64,000 nucleotides of DNA from the human T2T-CHM13v2.0 reference genome, Homo sapiens. Every line of letters begins with the position of its first letter. Positions within the stretch are counted from its first letter, which is position 1. Shown here piece by piece: positions 13,132 to 26,500 of the stretch. The notes under the pieces were generated by a model. The model did not search any database and was not told the origin of the DNA. It worked only from the letters and a program-made list of their open reading frames with translations. Location: assembly GCF_009914755.1 (NCBI RefSeq), contig NC_060939.1. One strand, given 5' to 3'. Made by a program: the position numbers and the translations under genes.

Positions 13132-13934
13132 GTAAGTTCTGGGCTGAGAGCCTGTTGCCCTTCCCAGGTTCTCTATGACATGTAGCTAGAAACTTTCTGT
13201 CCATTTAATACTACCCAGCCTTCCAGATATTTATAAAGGCAGCTGGCTTTTCCTTTTCTTCCTCTTATCTTTGTAAAATTATGAAGCTGGCGACACATGT
13301 AGACTGATAAACAAAAAGGTTAGTAATTCTTAACATTCTTTGTGCACCTTGAAGTATACGTTACAAAGTTTCAGTCCTTAAAGTGGACCTCCTAGCAGGT
13401 AAGTGGGAAGCAGGGAGCACTGAGCGCTGATACTGAAAGACAGAGTTCAAGGAGCCTGGGCCCAGCTTCTAAAAAGCATGTGTTACGTGGCCCCCGTGAG
13501 CTCTCAGCCTGTGCATTTTATCCTCGATGGTGCTGGTGTTTGTGATGGGTGCTTATACCTCCTCTGAGTCTACAGAGAAGGAAAGTTAGGTCCAAGATGC
13601 CCCTGCCATTGTGTTGTATTAAAAGCTGTGGCAAAGGAATCGAAAACCAAGGTCTAAGAATAAACAGTGCTATGACGTTCTGTGGACACGACAGAAGCCT
13701 TAAGTGGAAAGTCAAGTGGGAATGAAATCTAGGGGGAAGTTCAAGAAAAAGAGGACATTATATAATAAAAGCATTTGATTGTCCTTGCAGTTTTGATGGT
13801 GGTGTTTTGCGTTTAAAACAATCATAGATGCTAATTGCAGAAAAGAGTTTAGTAAGAAAAAAATCAGAAAATATAGGGTATAGTAAAAGTTTTACAAAAT
13901 AAAAAGGTATAGTAGTTGTGAGTTTGGTTCAGGA

Positions 13935-14146
13935 CAGAGTTTTGTAAACTTTTTTTTCATCAGGTGGTGATTATTTTAGGGTTTGTGGGTCATATAGTCT
14001 GTTGCACATACTCAGCTCTGCCATTGTGTCGTGAAATGAAATGGCTGCTCATAAATGAATGAGCATGACCATGTTCCAGTAAAACTTTACACTAACAGGC
14101 AGTGGGCTGAACTGGCCCACAGACCATAATTTGCCAACTCTCCTGG
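13935..14146. mobile_element. MER58-like hAT-Charlie DNA transposon relic
   Basis: tattttagggtttgtgggtcatatagtc...actcagctctgccattgt...gttccagtaaaacttta...tttgccaac matches the recalled MER58A pattern. Confidence 0.7.
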
Positions 14147-14524
14147 TCTAGAACACTGGGATAGTAGACAGTGGAAGGATGGGGTGGCTTTAGTGGGAAA
14201 TTTTTCTGTTTCATTTCTTTATCTTCTGCATCCAAATTCTAGTACCCTACCATCTCCTTTTGGGGAGAAAATGTCTCCGTATAACCATACCCACTTTGTT
14301 GGTTTGAGTTCTCATTTATCCTCTTGTAAGCAATTAGACCATAGCCTAAGTTCTTCTCAGCCACCTTTTCAGGTTGGTGATCCCTTGCTCAGTGCAGAAC
14401 AGAGAATGGGGAGGCTCCTTGGGGCTTTAGAGACTTGTGTAACCCTCTGAAGATCAGAAATCAGACTGGATGGAAATAAGCAGAGCCCAGAAGAGCCTGT
14501 CTAATGGGCTTCCTTCCCTGCCAG

Positions 14525-14660
14525 GCTATTCCAGGTGAAGATGGAACGGGAGCAGCATCAGACTGAGATCAGGGATCTCCAGGACCAGCTCTCAGAAATG
14601 CACGATGAACTGGACAGTGCAAAGCGATCGGAGGACAGGGAGAAGGGAGCTCTGATTGAG
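14525..14660 (+). CDS. CGNL1: CGNL1 coding exon (136 nt) LFQVKMEREQHQTEIRDLQDQLSEMHDELDSAKRSEDREKGALIE
   Basis: Acceptor tccttccctgccag|G, donor GAG|gtaagc; overlaps ORF 14535..14726. Confidence 0.95.
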
Positions 14661-17271
14661 GTAAGCAGGGCTGTGGGGTCAGGTGATAAGACAGGCCCCA
14701 CCTGCCTGGAAAGATGGAGTGGCTAGGGTTTGTGGACTGCAAGCCACTTTCTGATGTGCACACCTGCTCCACCTGTGCTCTTATGATCTGTGAGTCAGTG
14801 GATGCGCTTGATTCTCTCCTCTCAGCTTGGCATTTGCTAATTATTATGGGTTTTTATTATGTATTCTCTCTTCTCTAGATTATTATCTTGTTGAGGTATT
14901 AGATTCACATGTATGAAATTATTAGCAAGAATGTTGGTTTTCAATATGTACATTTTTGGGAGAGGGAATAAGTATAATTGAGGGTCAGAAAAAGACAGGA
15001 CTTTTATCTCTGCACCCATTTAGGTGTTTGATGTTTGCTGTAACATTATCATCACCTGTATTCTAGCATAGTTTTGGAACCTACTTCTTTATAAGTGTGG
15101 TTTGTAGGAATAGCCCAACAAAGAGATGATAAACAATTTAGAACAAAGCCAAAAAAATTAAAAGTCAAAACATAAAGGTACTGTGTTAATATTTAATTTT
15201 CTACTTCCTCCCTCTTTGGGCTTAGGTGTTTTCTCTCTCCCTTACTTGGGGCTAGAAGCTTCTGGCTCTGAAGTCCCTGGAACACTCTTTAAGTCTCAGT
15301 TGTCTACTGTTCTGTCACTCCTTTCCTCCTCCAGTTTTGAAATAATTCCTCAGGAGAGATTTTAGGTCCTACTTTTTAGAACTTAGCCTTTCTTCACCCG
15401 ATGACCTGGCAGGAGCTCAGAGATGAGTGACTCTGGTCACCCAGCCCAGGAGTTCTCATGAATCCATTTTTCACATTGGCAGAGGAGGGTGATTGCCTCT
15501 TCTCCATATATGACCATCTCTCTGTCCCTATTCAGACCTTTTCTCCTGAGAAGCCCTCAGCATTGTTCCTTACCAACTGGGATTCCTCTTTTTATCAAAT
15601 GATTCCTTAAAAACCACCACATTCTTGGTATAATACTGCTTCTCATGGTGCTGTTTTCTCTCAGGGCTCAGAGTTACAAAGACAAGAAGATATATGTATT
15701 TATCACTGAAATAATATTAAAACAACATAAAACGAAAATTGAAAAAAGGGGGAGGGGGGGACGTACACATACTTTCCTAATACCTGAGCAGCCATTTTTA
15801 TTTCTATAATCTCTGTTTGCCTCCCTATCTATTGATAGCTTTCATCTACCCATGTATATATAATATAAGGACAATCATAATGTCCCTACAGTTTTGATAC
15901 CTGCTTTTAAAAGTTAAGATATCAAAAATGTTCTTTCTTATTATACTTTATGCTCTTTGTATTTAATTTTTAAGAAGATAAACCACAATATATTTAACCA
16001 TTCTCCTACATTTTTTTTCCCTTTTTTGTAATTTTGAAACAAAGATTGTGGGGAACATTTTTTACATTTATACTTTTACTACTTTAAAAATTGTTTCTAA
16101 GAATAAGTTTCCAGAAATGATGTCAATGAACAATTTATGGCTTTCAATAAAAGTGTAGCTTCATGAACAAATTTAAATAGAAGATAAAACATTGTCATAT
16201 TCTTGATTCCTTGTGTGGACATTTTATTGGTTCTAAAAGGGAAAGATGTTATCTTAGCTCTTGGGAAGTCTCTGAAGTTGCTGATTTTCCGCAGTAACTG
16301 ACAGCTGTCACTGTGAGTTGCCCCCTGATATCCCCTGTCCTTTTAGTTTCTCTATTTTAACTCACTTGACGTTGCACATATTTTGTATCTTTCTTCTGCT
16401 AGCCAGCTAATTCAAGAGCAATCACTTTTGCTTCTTTCCCCATTTCACATCTAGCACAGTGCCAAGCAACAGAGCAAATGAATAAATAATTTTTCGTATT
16501 TAAATTACTTTTAAAATGTCACCATTTTTTAAAAAAGGGAATAATTCTGAAATGAACTGCATACTTCTTTTCCTCTTTAAACATGCCATACTGCATATCT
16601 ATTAACTGAACATCATTAGTTTATTGATTTATTTATACTGATGATGGGATAACGATATGAGACTGTTTTGGTGATGTGTTCAGGCAGAGGCTGATAATGC
16701 GAGATACAGGAGTGGGCAATAGCACATATTTTCTTAAACCTGTTCGTGATGTTGCTGGCTTACAGGTAGTTTGTCTCTTTCCCACAACAGGAACTGTATC
16801 ATTTACTGCTGCCTTTCTGCAAGATGAGTTAGAGTGTAATTAGTCTCCCTAGGCCAAAGTGGGTTTCTCTTGCTCCAGAAAATCACCCTCTGTTTTTATC
16901 AGTTTCCTTTGACTTGTCAGCAACACTTAAACTATGATCTACGGTTTCTACGTCACTAGTAAAATAGACCCTGTCTCCTTGTCACTTTCAATTTATTCTT
17001 CATATCTTAATAAAAAGTGGCCTGGGGGAATTTGATAACAGAGTATAGTTGTGGCCAAGTTTCCCATGGCAGTTAGCTTGGAACAAACTCTTAACACAAT
17101 GAGCATTAAACACTTATGCTTTTGAATGTTTGAAAAAGGTTGAAGGCCCAAGTTTTGCAAGTCCTGCATAATGGACCAGATTTTGCATGAAATATCTTTT
17201 AATATGTCACTTTTTGTTAAATAACATCAGACCCCTGTATGCAGTCAGTAAAGTAACATTAAGAAGGAATA

Positions 17272-17370
17272 GGCTGCTCTGTCTATGGAGCAGCCATTCT
17301 TTTGTTTCTTCTCTAATAAACTGGCTTTCACTTAAAAAAAAAAATAAATAAAACAGTTTAAAAAAAAAAA
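17272..17370 (+). mobile_element. Short ERV1 LTR (MER41-like) R-region fragment ending in poly(A)
   Basis: ggctgctctgtctatggagcagccattctttt...AATAAActggctttcactt followed by an A-rich tail. Confidence 0.7.
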
Positions 17371-18347
17371 GAAGGGAGAAATAGTAGAAAACACTTTCTT
17401 AGAGTAAACCATAAAATTGACCAACAAAGGGTTGACTTTGTTATTCTTAGTTAAATAGATGATTCTGAAATTTTTTTTTTTTCAGCTCAAGTTACAAAAA
17501 TGATTATAGAACAGGTTTCCACCACTTCTCTGTCAGGAATGCATTACCTTCCATTCCAAGGGTGACAGGTCAACGTGAGACAGCTCGCTAAGTGCCACGA
17601 TGGTGGGGTTTTCTAATTATCAAATGTCTGCTTTGATGGGAGCCTGCGGTGCTGAGAGATGGGCCTCACTCCAGCAGAGTCTTGTGGTGTTTTATCCCTG
17701 GCATTTGCCAAGATACAGGTACTTCAGTCTCATTAAAATAGTCTGGTTATAAAATTGTAGTGGTTTGAGGAGAGATTGTGTTCAGAAATTATGTCTCTAA
17801 AACTTCTTTTGTAATGATATTATTGAACATTCTACAAATTTTTATAAAAAAGGCAGCCAAAAATACCATGATTCTCACCAGCCGTGTGATGCTTCCTTGG
17901 CCATCCTGGAACAAAAAAATGACAGAATTCTTTGTCAGCTACCGTTGCTATAAAACCTTTTATTTATGCTTTCAGTGAGCATGGGCCAGAGATAGGGACC
18001 CTGTGGAACTTCTGGGAAGCACTTATGCAAAAGAGGGTCTAGACTGGTGTCTTCCTCATTTTGATGTGGCACGCTCATGCACAGGTGGTGTGTGAAGTAG
18101 AGCTTTTTGTGAGCAAATACATTGCCGTTCTCGACATCCTGGTGCCCGTTTCTCAGTGCGCATGGTCGTGGGGTGGCCACTTGCTGCTGCTGCAGAACAG
18201 CTGGTCTCATAGTGTGTTCCTTTTTCTCTCAGATCTCCTTCTACCTGTCTCTTCAGGCTCTGGTTGTTTTTCTTTGCTTTAGTTTAAGAAGGTGGACCTC
18301 CTTAAAGGGCCTTCCAGCCAAACACAGTGCTCTGTTTTGTTGGCATC

Positions 18348-18711
18348 TGTACTAGGCTGTTTTCATGCTGCTGATAAAGACATACCTGAGACTGGGCAAC
18401 TTACACAAGAAAGGGATTTAATGTACTCACAGTTCCATGTGGCCAGGGAGGCCTCATAATCGTGGCAGAGGGTGAAAGGCACCTCTCACATGGTGGCAAA
18501 CAAGAGGCGTGAGAGCCAAGTGACAGGGGTTTCCGCTTATAAAATCATCAGATCTCCTGAGACTTACTCACTACCACAAGAACAGTATGGGGGAAGCCAC
18601 CCCCATGGTTCCATTATCTCCCACTGGGCTCCTCCCTCAACATGAGGGAATTATGGGAGCTACATACAATTCAAGATGAGATTTGGGTGGGGACGCAGCC
18701 AAACCATAATA
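18348..18711 (-). mobile_element. THE1-family solo LTR (ERVL-MaLR)
   Basis: tgtactag...gctgctgataaagacatacctgagactggg...cagccaaaccata; perfect 5-bp TSD gcatc (18343-47 / 18712-16). Confidence 0.92.
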
Positions 18712-20099
18712 GCATCTAGTGGATGAACTCCAGTGTGACTGCTTGCTTCTCAGCCTTCTTGAGTATGTGGTTTTGTGGTCAGGTCTGTACTGACCATAGT
18801 GAAGGGAAAGGGCATTAGGACCCATCTGGGTCCCATTCTTGACTCTACTGCTTATAAGGCTGTGTGGTCTTAGGCATGTTAGAATCTCAGAGCTTCGTTC
18901 GTTTATGAAGAATAGTAATCTTCATCTCCTTGAGTATCCATCTCTCTGGATTGTTAGAAATGCTCAGCACAGTTCTTATGATGTATAAGGACCAGACACA
19001 GTCAACTTTTCTAGCTCTCGCCACTCCCAGACAGCCAGTTTTCTCTTGTTTTCTTTAACTGGATTCCATAGAGAGGCAAGTTGACCTCTAATGGATGTAT
19101 ACTTACATTTTGAAGTTTATGTATTTTTCTCTCCCTTCTTTGATTGAAATAATTAAGCCCCGAGGTGATGAAGTGAAGTTTATGAAACATCGTGTACCTT
19201 TTAGTCTCTACTCTGGAAAACTTCAAGTGCTACTAAGTGATATGGCGAGGTGTAATCTGATTGGATTTGTGCTGCACAGTCCACTTAAGCAACAGATAAC
19301 AGCATGTCGTTGCAGAATGGACCATAAAAACCTCAGTCTTGACATGCATTGGCGGCAGCACACAAAAGGCAACACAAAACATAGAGATATGCTGGAAAAC
19401 ATAAGTGTGGGGAGAGGAACTGTCTTATCGTCCAAACAATTGAGAAACGTGTGAGAGTAAAAGCAGGAAACAGGGGTCAGAATCACAGGGCCTGCACTAA
19501 AGATGCTGGCAGGAGGTTCCAGGAAGCCCTGGGGGGTAGCCGGAAGCAACAGTAATTCAGGAGAGACTCTGATCTTCCTTAAGAAGGGGCTGGGCAGCGG
19601 CAGCAGGGCGTCCTCTTTGATAAATACGAGGACAGGGTATAATTTCATAAGATCTCTGTGTTTGGTGCTTTGAAAGAGCCAGAGCCGGCCTCGTTACCTG
19701 CATGGGTCTCTTGACATTTCTTCTGAGCTTGTCAATGCCTGCTAGTTAGATTCTTGATGGGCAAAATCTTAGTCTGTGCAATGCAGCCCCACCCTGGGAT
19801 TGTAGCGGTTCCCCTGGTTCAATGGAGGTGCATGTCCTAGAGAAAATGAAAGAGATCTCGTTGTCGGTTATACTTAAATCAATAAAATGTTTCTTCCCTC
19901 ATCAGAGACACAATTCTGGAATGGAAAGTAGCTTATCATCTCTGAAGCCTTGGGTCCCCCGGTGGCAACCATGCCTCTGATTACCCAGGGGTTCCAAGAA
20001 AACAGGTCGTGTTCTTATGCAGAAGCCACAAGTGAAATAACTGATGAGTTCAGAATTCTGACATCTCCAGACACCTGCTGTACTGCACTTGTTTATTTA

Positions 20100-21290
20100 T
20101 ATCTGAACAGATAAGTGCTCCCAATATTAATCTATGCATCAAAAATATAATAAATCAGATCTGTATCCTTCTTTCAACAAGGATAAGTAGGCGAGTCAAA
20201 TGCAGATGAGAAAAATGATTAAAATATATAGAATGTAAAATAAAAAGTGTTAAGTACTGTGAGAAGAACAGCTAGAGTGAGATGGGTATTCAAGAGGGAT
20301 ATTCAAGGAAGACCTCTTGGAGGAGGTCTTACCGTATCTGGGTCTTCAAAGATTTTCTGAAAGGCAGGGAGAGATGGGCCTGAGAAGGGAGAAGGGCACT
20401 CCGGACTGAAGATGCTGCGTGGATTGCCATAGAGGCTGTAGGTGAGAGCCTGGATGCGGGGAGCAGCTGAGTGGTTATCGTAAACCACCTGCACAGGAGG
20501 TGAGGAGGGCTTTACCCAGGGAGGTGACAGAAAGGATTGAAGATGTTGCAGAACTAACTTTTTGGTTATGAGAGACTAGGACGAGAGAAAGTCAAAGTCC
20601 TGCCAAGTTTCTGAGCTTGAGTGCTGAGGGGGCAGGTGGTGCTTTTCACAAGAGCAAAGAACAAAGGAAGAAGGAAGGAAGGAGCATGATGAATTCTCTT
20701 GAAATTGTAATCTTACTGAATCTGAGGTGCCACAGGACATCCAGATGGGTTCATCTAGCAGGTCTTTGAATGTGTTAGTGCAGGTTTGAACTCAGAGAAG
20801 GGTAAGAGGTAAAGGTTTAGGAGTCATTTACATAGAATTAATAGTTGGAAAAACAAAAATGAGCTTGCTAAAAGAGAATAAAGAATGCAAAGTTGCAATC
20901 TTGGAGATCATCATAGATTTTGGGAAGAGGGAGTGAAAAGCCAGAAAAGATTATCAAAGAAGAAACAGCCTGAGGGAAGAAAACAGGAGTCTGTGTTATC
21001 TTGGCACTACAAGAAAGAAGGGCATCTTAGAGAGACAGGAAGGGAGGATGAAAGAGGGGTAAAGAAAATTGACAACTGGGAAAAGGCCATCGGATATGAG
21101 TAAAGGTCACAATGACCTTGCAGGGGACTGTCTTGGTAGAGCAGGGACAAAAATCATATAGCAAGAGATTAAGGAGTGAATGGGCAGTTGTGAAGTAGAG
21201 GCAGTGAACAGAAATTATGCTTTCAGACATTTTGGTGGTGAAGTTTGGCAGGTAGCCAAGATTCAAGAGTATGGGTAGGAACAAAATGGC
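20100..21290 (-). mobile_element. Degraded L2 LINE fragments
   Basis: Purine-rich L2-like text (tgaatctgaggtgcc..ggacatccagatgg; aggtcacaatgaccttg; gagtgaatggg); approximate. Confidence 0.55.
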
Positions 21291-21306
21291 AGAAAGAAAA
21301 GACAAC

Positions 21307-21667
21307 TGTATTAGTCCATTCTCACACTGATGTAAAGATACTACCTGAGACTGGGTAATTTATTAACAAAGGAGGTTTAATTGACTCACAGTTCCGCATG
21401 GCTGGGGAGGCCTCAGGAAACTTCATGGCAGAAGGGGAAGCAGGCACCTTCTTCACAAGGCAACAGGAGAGAGAGTGAGCAAAGTGGGGAAAGCCCCTTA
21501 TAAAACCATCATATCTCATGAGAACTCACTATCACAAGAGCAACATGGGGAAAACTATCCACGTGATCCAATCATCTCCCACAGTGTCCCCCCCTTGACA
21601 AGTGGGAATTATGGGAATTATAACTCAAGATGAGATTTGGGTGAGGACATAGAGCCAAACCATGTCA
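21307..21667 (-). mobile_element. MST/THE1-family solo LTR
   Basis: tgtattagtccattctcacactg...agagccaaaccatgtca; TSD acaac/ataac. Confidence 0.9.
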
Positions 21668-22521
21668 ATAACTGATGGAGTGAAGACTGGGAGCAGGCTG
21701 GCAGGGGACAGTGCGTTCTCTGTGGAGGGACTCTGGGTGGAAGAAGGCCTGGAGTGCAGAGAGGGGTTGAGGTGGAGAGGGAGCCAAGATGCCCACATCT
21801 CTCTGGCTGAGGGAAGAGCAAAGGTGTCTGTGAGGGCGAGTCCTGAGCTGGAAAACTGAGAAGGTCTGGGACAAAAATGCTGGAGGGAAAGGAATGCCGA
21901 GCCTTTGGCAGGACACACTGGGCTCAGGTAATGTGATTTATAGTGGAGCCTGTTGCCCCAGCTTTGTGACCTTCCTCATTAATACCTGGCAGTTAAGAAG
22001 GGGAAAATATGAATATTGTGCTCTGCTCAGATGGGCAAATGAGATAGAAGAAAAACAGGCAAAGTTGTCCTGAGTACGAGGAATGTGGATGAAGGGTTTG
22101 ACCACACTCAGGGTCCCAGGGGATATGAAGCAAGGTAGGCAAGCTGGCGTGCCCCCGTGAAGCAACAGCACACACAGGGCAAGAGCAAGGGCAACAGATC
22201 ACTGCACAGAAGTGAAATGAGATGGAAGATACAGACGTGTTCCCCAAAGCAGTGAAATTTACATTAGTTTCCCCTTTCTCCCTCAAATTCAATCAAATCT
22301 CCAAGAAGCAGAGGCAGAGGAATCCAAGGGAATGATGGCCTCTGAGAAATGCAGGGGGAGAGGAAGAAATGGTCTAAACAGGTGTGCGGGATGTGGAAGG
22401 AGAGAGTGGCAAGGCCAGGTGAGATGGCTGTGCACATGGGGACTGAACTGGAGGGGAGATACAGGGCCTCTCAACAAGATGTTTCATTGTCACCTTCTCC
22501 CTTCGTGTTTCCTCTCTCTAG

Positions 22522-22734
22522 GAGCTCTTACAGGCAAAACAGGATCTTCAAGATCTGCTGATTGCCAAAGAGGAGCAAGAAGACCTCTTGAGAAAGCGAG
22601 AGCGTGAACTCACCGCCCTGAAGGGAGCCCTGAAAGAAGAGGTTTCCAGCCATGATCAGGAGATGGACAAGCTGAAGGAGCAATATGATGCTGAGTTGCA
22701 GGCCCTGAGGGAGAGTGTGGAAGAAGCAACCAAG
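22522..22734 (+). CDS. CGNL1: CGNL1 coding exon (213 nt) [71 protein letters not shown]
   Basis: Acceptor cctctctctag|GAG, donor AAG|gtgagg; phase 0-0. Contains the cingulin-family signature [16 protein letters not shown]. Followed by an intron of more than 41 kb. Confidence 0.96.
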
Positions 22735-25094
22735 GTGAGGGATGGGGCAGGAGAATCTGGCTTGTGAACAGATGAAAGGGTAAGACCCTCTCTCCCACAC
22801 CACTGCAAATCCCCTTCATTCCTTTTAATTAGAGAGTGAATCTCAATTCATCAGATCATGGACACAGAGCTTATTAACAAAGAATAAGCTCAATGGTCCT
22901 GCTATTGACCTTTTAAAGTCTATAAACTGAAACGTTGGTAGGGACATTGGTTAAATCCTATTGCAGAGGGGGAGATGAAGAAGCTGCATATGAACACTTG
23001 AGGTTCTGCAGCCCCTTGCAGAGTGGAGGGATGTACTCTCCCAGGCGTTCCTAACGGTCAGAGGCCGAGGGCATTGTGTGACCAAGTTAATGGGCAGAAG
23101 TGCAGACGGGACCCAGATTCCTGGAATCCTTCATCCCCCACCCTAGTCTGTTCCTTTTGATTTTGTGTAGCCTTTTGTTGGACAATTCAGGTTCTTTTCT
23201 CAGCACAGTTACAAGAGGGTTAATTGGCTGAATTGCCGAAACCCTTCCAAGATAATTTTTCTCTTAATTGAATTCTTGGCTCCTACAAATAGATTCAAAA
23301 TTATGCTGAAGTCTTTTGGGGCAGACGTCATACTGGCTGTTGAAGAAGAGAAAAACAGTATTTTGAAGGGGAAAATGGTTTGAAATGTCATGCCATCTTT
23401 AGGGAAAGAGGGGAATTACAGATTATAAAATTTTCAGAGACTCTGCAATATATAGGTTAAAAATGATGAAGAAAGAATTCTTGATATTGTTTATTCTGTG
23501 ATGATTACAGTGACAGATCAGAGTTAGTAGGCCCTCTCTCCCCTAAGCCCTATGGTGATTCACTGATTTTCAATTATGGCACAGTAATTGCAAATGACAA
23601 GAAATGAAAGATGGGTTTGTTTGTTATAACAATAAAAAGTCTGGGAAATAGACTGTTTGGGGTTATTACAACTTGGAGACCGTTTTTAAAAGCCTCTTGT
23701 TGATTTCCCTGTCTTATTTTTTTTTAGATTTGACTGAATTTGAGGGAGAAAAGCGAAACCGATTTAATTTTTATTGCTTTGAGGGGACATGCCTGTTATT
23801 TGCATCTCATTTCATTTCTGTGCACCAGCCTGGTATCCTTGTGATCTATCTTTATGTGCTATTGCTTCATCAGGTACATGCCAATAGGCTACTGAGTTAA
23901 AATTTTTCTCCTTTGGACCCATATCTTTATCACCCTTAAATCTTGCCTCAAAACTTGACTTAATGTGGTGTATTCTGGGTGGCTCCTTTAAGGGCAGTTG
24001 AGAATAGTGTTGGGGGATATGTTTGTAGTGATTTAAGTATAAGGAAAATCAAACTTGTGCCTCACATGGGGTGGGGGCTATTTATTGGAAGCTTCCAGGT
24101 TCTCTACTGTCAGAGATATGTAAGTGAGGAAAGGATACATGGTAGGTGAAAGGATATCTTTGTTGTATGGAATTGAGATCATCAGTAGAGACTTATGTTA
24201 CTGCATTTTGTCCTGTTCAAATGTCTGCATTATATATTAACTCATAGTATTTTCATTATGCCATTTCAAGAGCGATAACTACATTGACCCATATCAGTCT
24301 GTAAAAACGAAACAGGCGAAGTAGTCAAGACGTGTATCATTGGCAGAGAATGGACAGTTTCCAGGCACCGGGAAGCTAACACAAAGGGGTTCGCCTTAGT
24401 ACCCACTGGGGTGTGGGCCAGCAAGGGCTGTTTGTTCCAGGTTGTTTTCTATACTGCTGCCAGCAACTTTCCTTACAAAACCAAATCTGATCGTGTCAGC
24501 CTTTGCTTAAGTAACTTGCTTGACTCCCCATTGCCCCAGATTTAAGCTGAAAATTGTTAGCATGGTAGGGAAGAAGTCCCTTCTCTGCCTAACCCATCTC
24601 CAGAAAACTCTGTGTCTTTCAGACCTCTCACCTCTTCATACGTGTAGAGTGACTTGCTCCTGCTTTGCCATCTGAACAGGCTGTTGTCCTCCTGCAAGAA
24701 TTCCCCCAAATGTCCTCTCTTTTATGAACATGCCCTAGATACCTATACTCCCTTTGGTGGAGTTAGTTGCACCTTCCTTCACCTTCCTTAGGGTTTCTGC
24801 GGAACCCTGGCCATTCTTCTACTGTAGTTTGTATCATACCCTATTATAATTTCTCATCTTGTCTGCTTCCTCCATTAGACTCTGCACTTCTTAGGCATAG
24901 GGGGCACTTTTGTCCTTTTTTTTTTTCCTGAGAGGGAGTGACAAACTCTAGTACCTCTGGGGCCAGACAGGGAGCATAAATGAGTAAAGCACTGAGTCTG
25001 TTATTGGGATGATAGGAGGGTATGGTGGGGACTGTGACAAGCTGGCTGGAGGGCATGTCCTTTGCTGGAGCGGTCAGTGGCTTCTCTGCTCCAG

Positions 25095-25280
25095 CTTAGA
25101 GTTGCCAGTGAGAGAATGCTGGGCCCATGTTGCTAGATCTTTCATTTTTTTCAAGAAGCCAGATATCTGGATGTTTCTGTGAGATCTCCCAACTTTTAAG
25201 CATATCTTCAAATTACAAAATAAATAAAGAAATAAATAAAATAACATAGACCAATACACCCCATATGCAAGTCAAGAGCC
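25095..25280. mobile_element. MER102-like DNA transposon relic
   Basis: gggcccatgttgctagatctttcatttttttcaagaagccagatatctggat...tgtgagatctccc resembles the recalled MER102 consensus. Confidence 0.6.
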
Positions 25281-25461
25281 TGTGCTCTTAGCCTCTTGAG
25301 CTCAGCATGGTGCCTGGGACATAGTCACATCCGTGCGGTGTCTGGCAAGTGAAAGTTAGTTTAGGACAAATTTCCTTTCTGACTGGGTTTTCAGTCCCTG
25401 CCATGTAGTTCCTGTTGAATTTTTTCAGTGGTGATGTGGGAGGTCTTTTTGGGAACTCTAG

Positions 25462-25959
<498 letters not shown>

Positions 25960-26230
25960 TGAAGGTGGCTGCTTAACAAATGTGATAGAGTCATATTTTA
26001 TGGGGGACAAATGTGTCAATTTAGTAGATGGATGCTGTTTTTGGTTATATTATTTATGTCTTGGTATTATAGAATAAAACATTAAGATTATTAAATATTT
26101 GGAGGAGAGTGAATTAAATATAATTTTTAAATCTGGTAAATAATGTTTCTTAAATATGTACTCTTACACTTAGATTTTTCCTGCCCCAGGGGGAGAACCC
26201 ACCCACCAACCACTATGGCTAAAAACTGAC

Positions 26231-26262
<32 letters not shown>

Positions 26263-26500
26263 GGAGTCTCACTCTGTTGCCCAGGCTGGAGTGAAGTAGA
26301 ATGATCTCGTCTCATTGCAACCTCCACCTCCTGGGTTCAAGTGATTCTCCTGCCCCAGCTTCCTGAGTAGCTGGGATTACAGGCATGCGCCACCACACCT
26401 GACTAATTTTTGTATTTTTAGTAGAGACCGGGTTTCACCATGTTGGCCAAGCTGGTCTCAAACCCCTGACCTCAGGGGATCCGTCAGCTTCAACCTCCCC
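26231..26500 (-). mobile_element. Alu (S-type), 5'-truncated
   Basis: Long poly-T; lacks the first about 40 nt of consensus. Confidence 0.92.

Noticed and set aside
14525-14540. Second acceptor ttccag|GTG 10 nt inside the exon
   Set aside because: It would frameshift; the upstream AG fits the reading frame.
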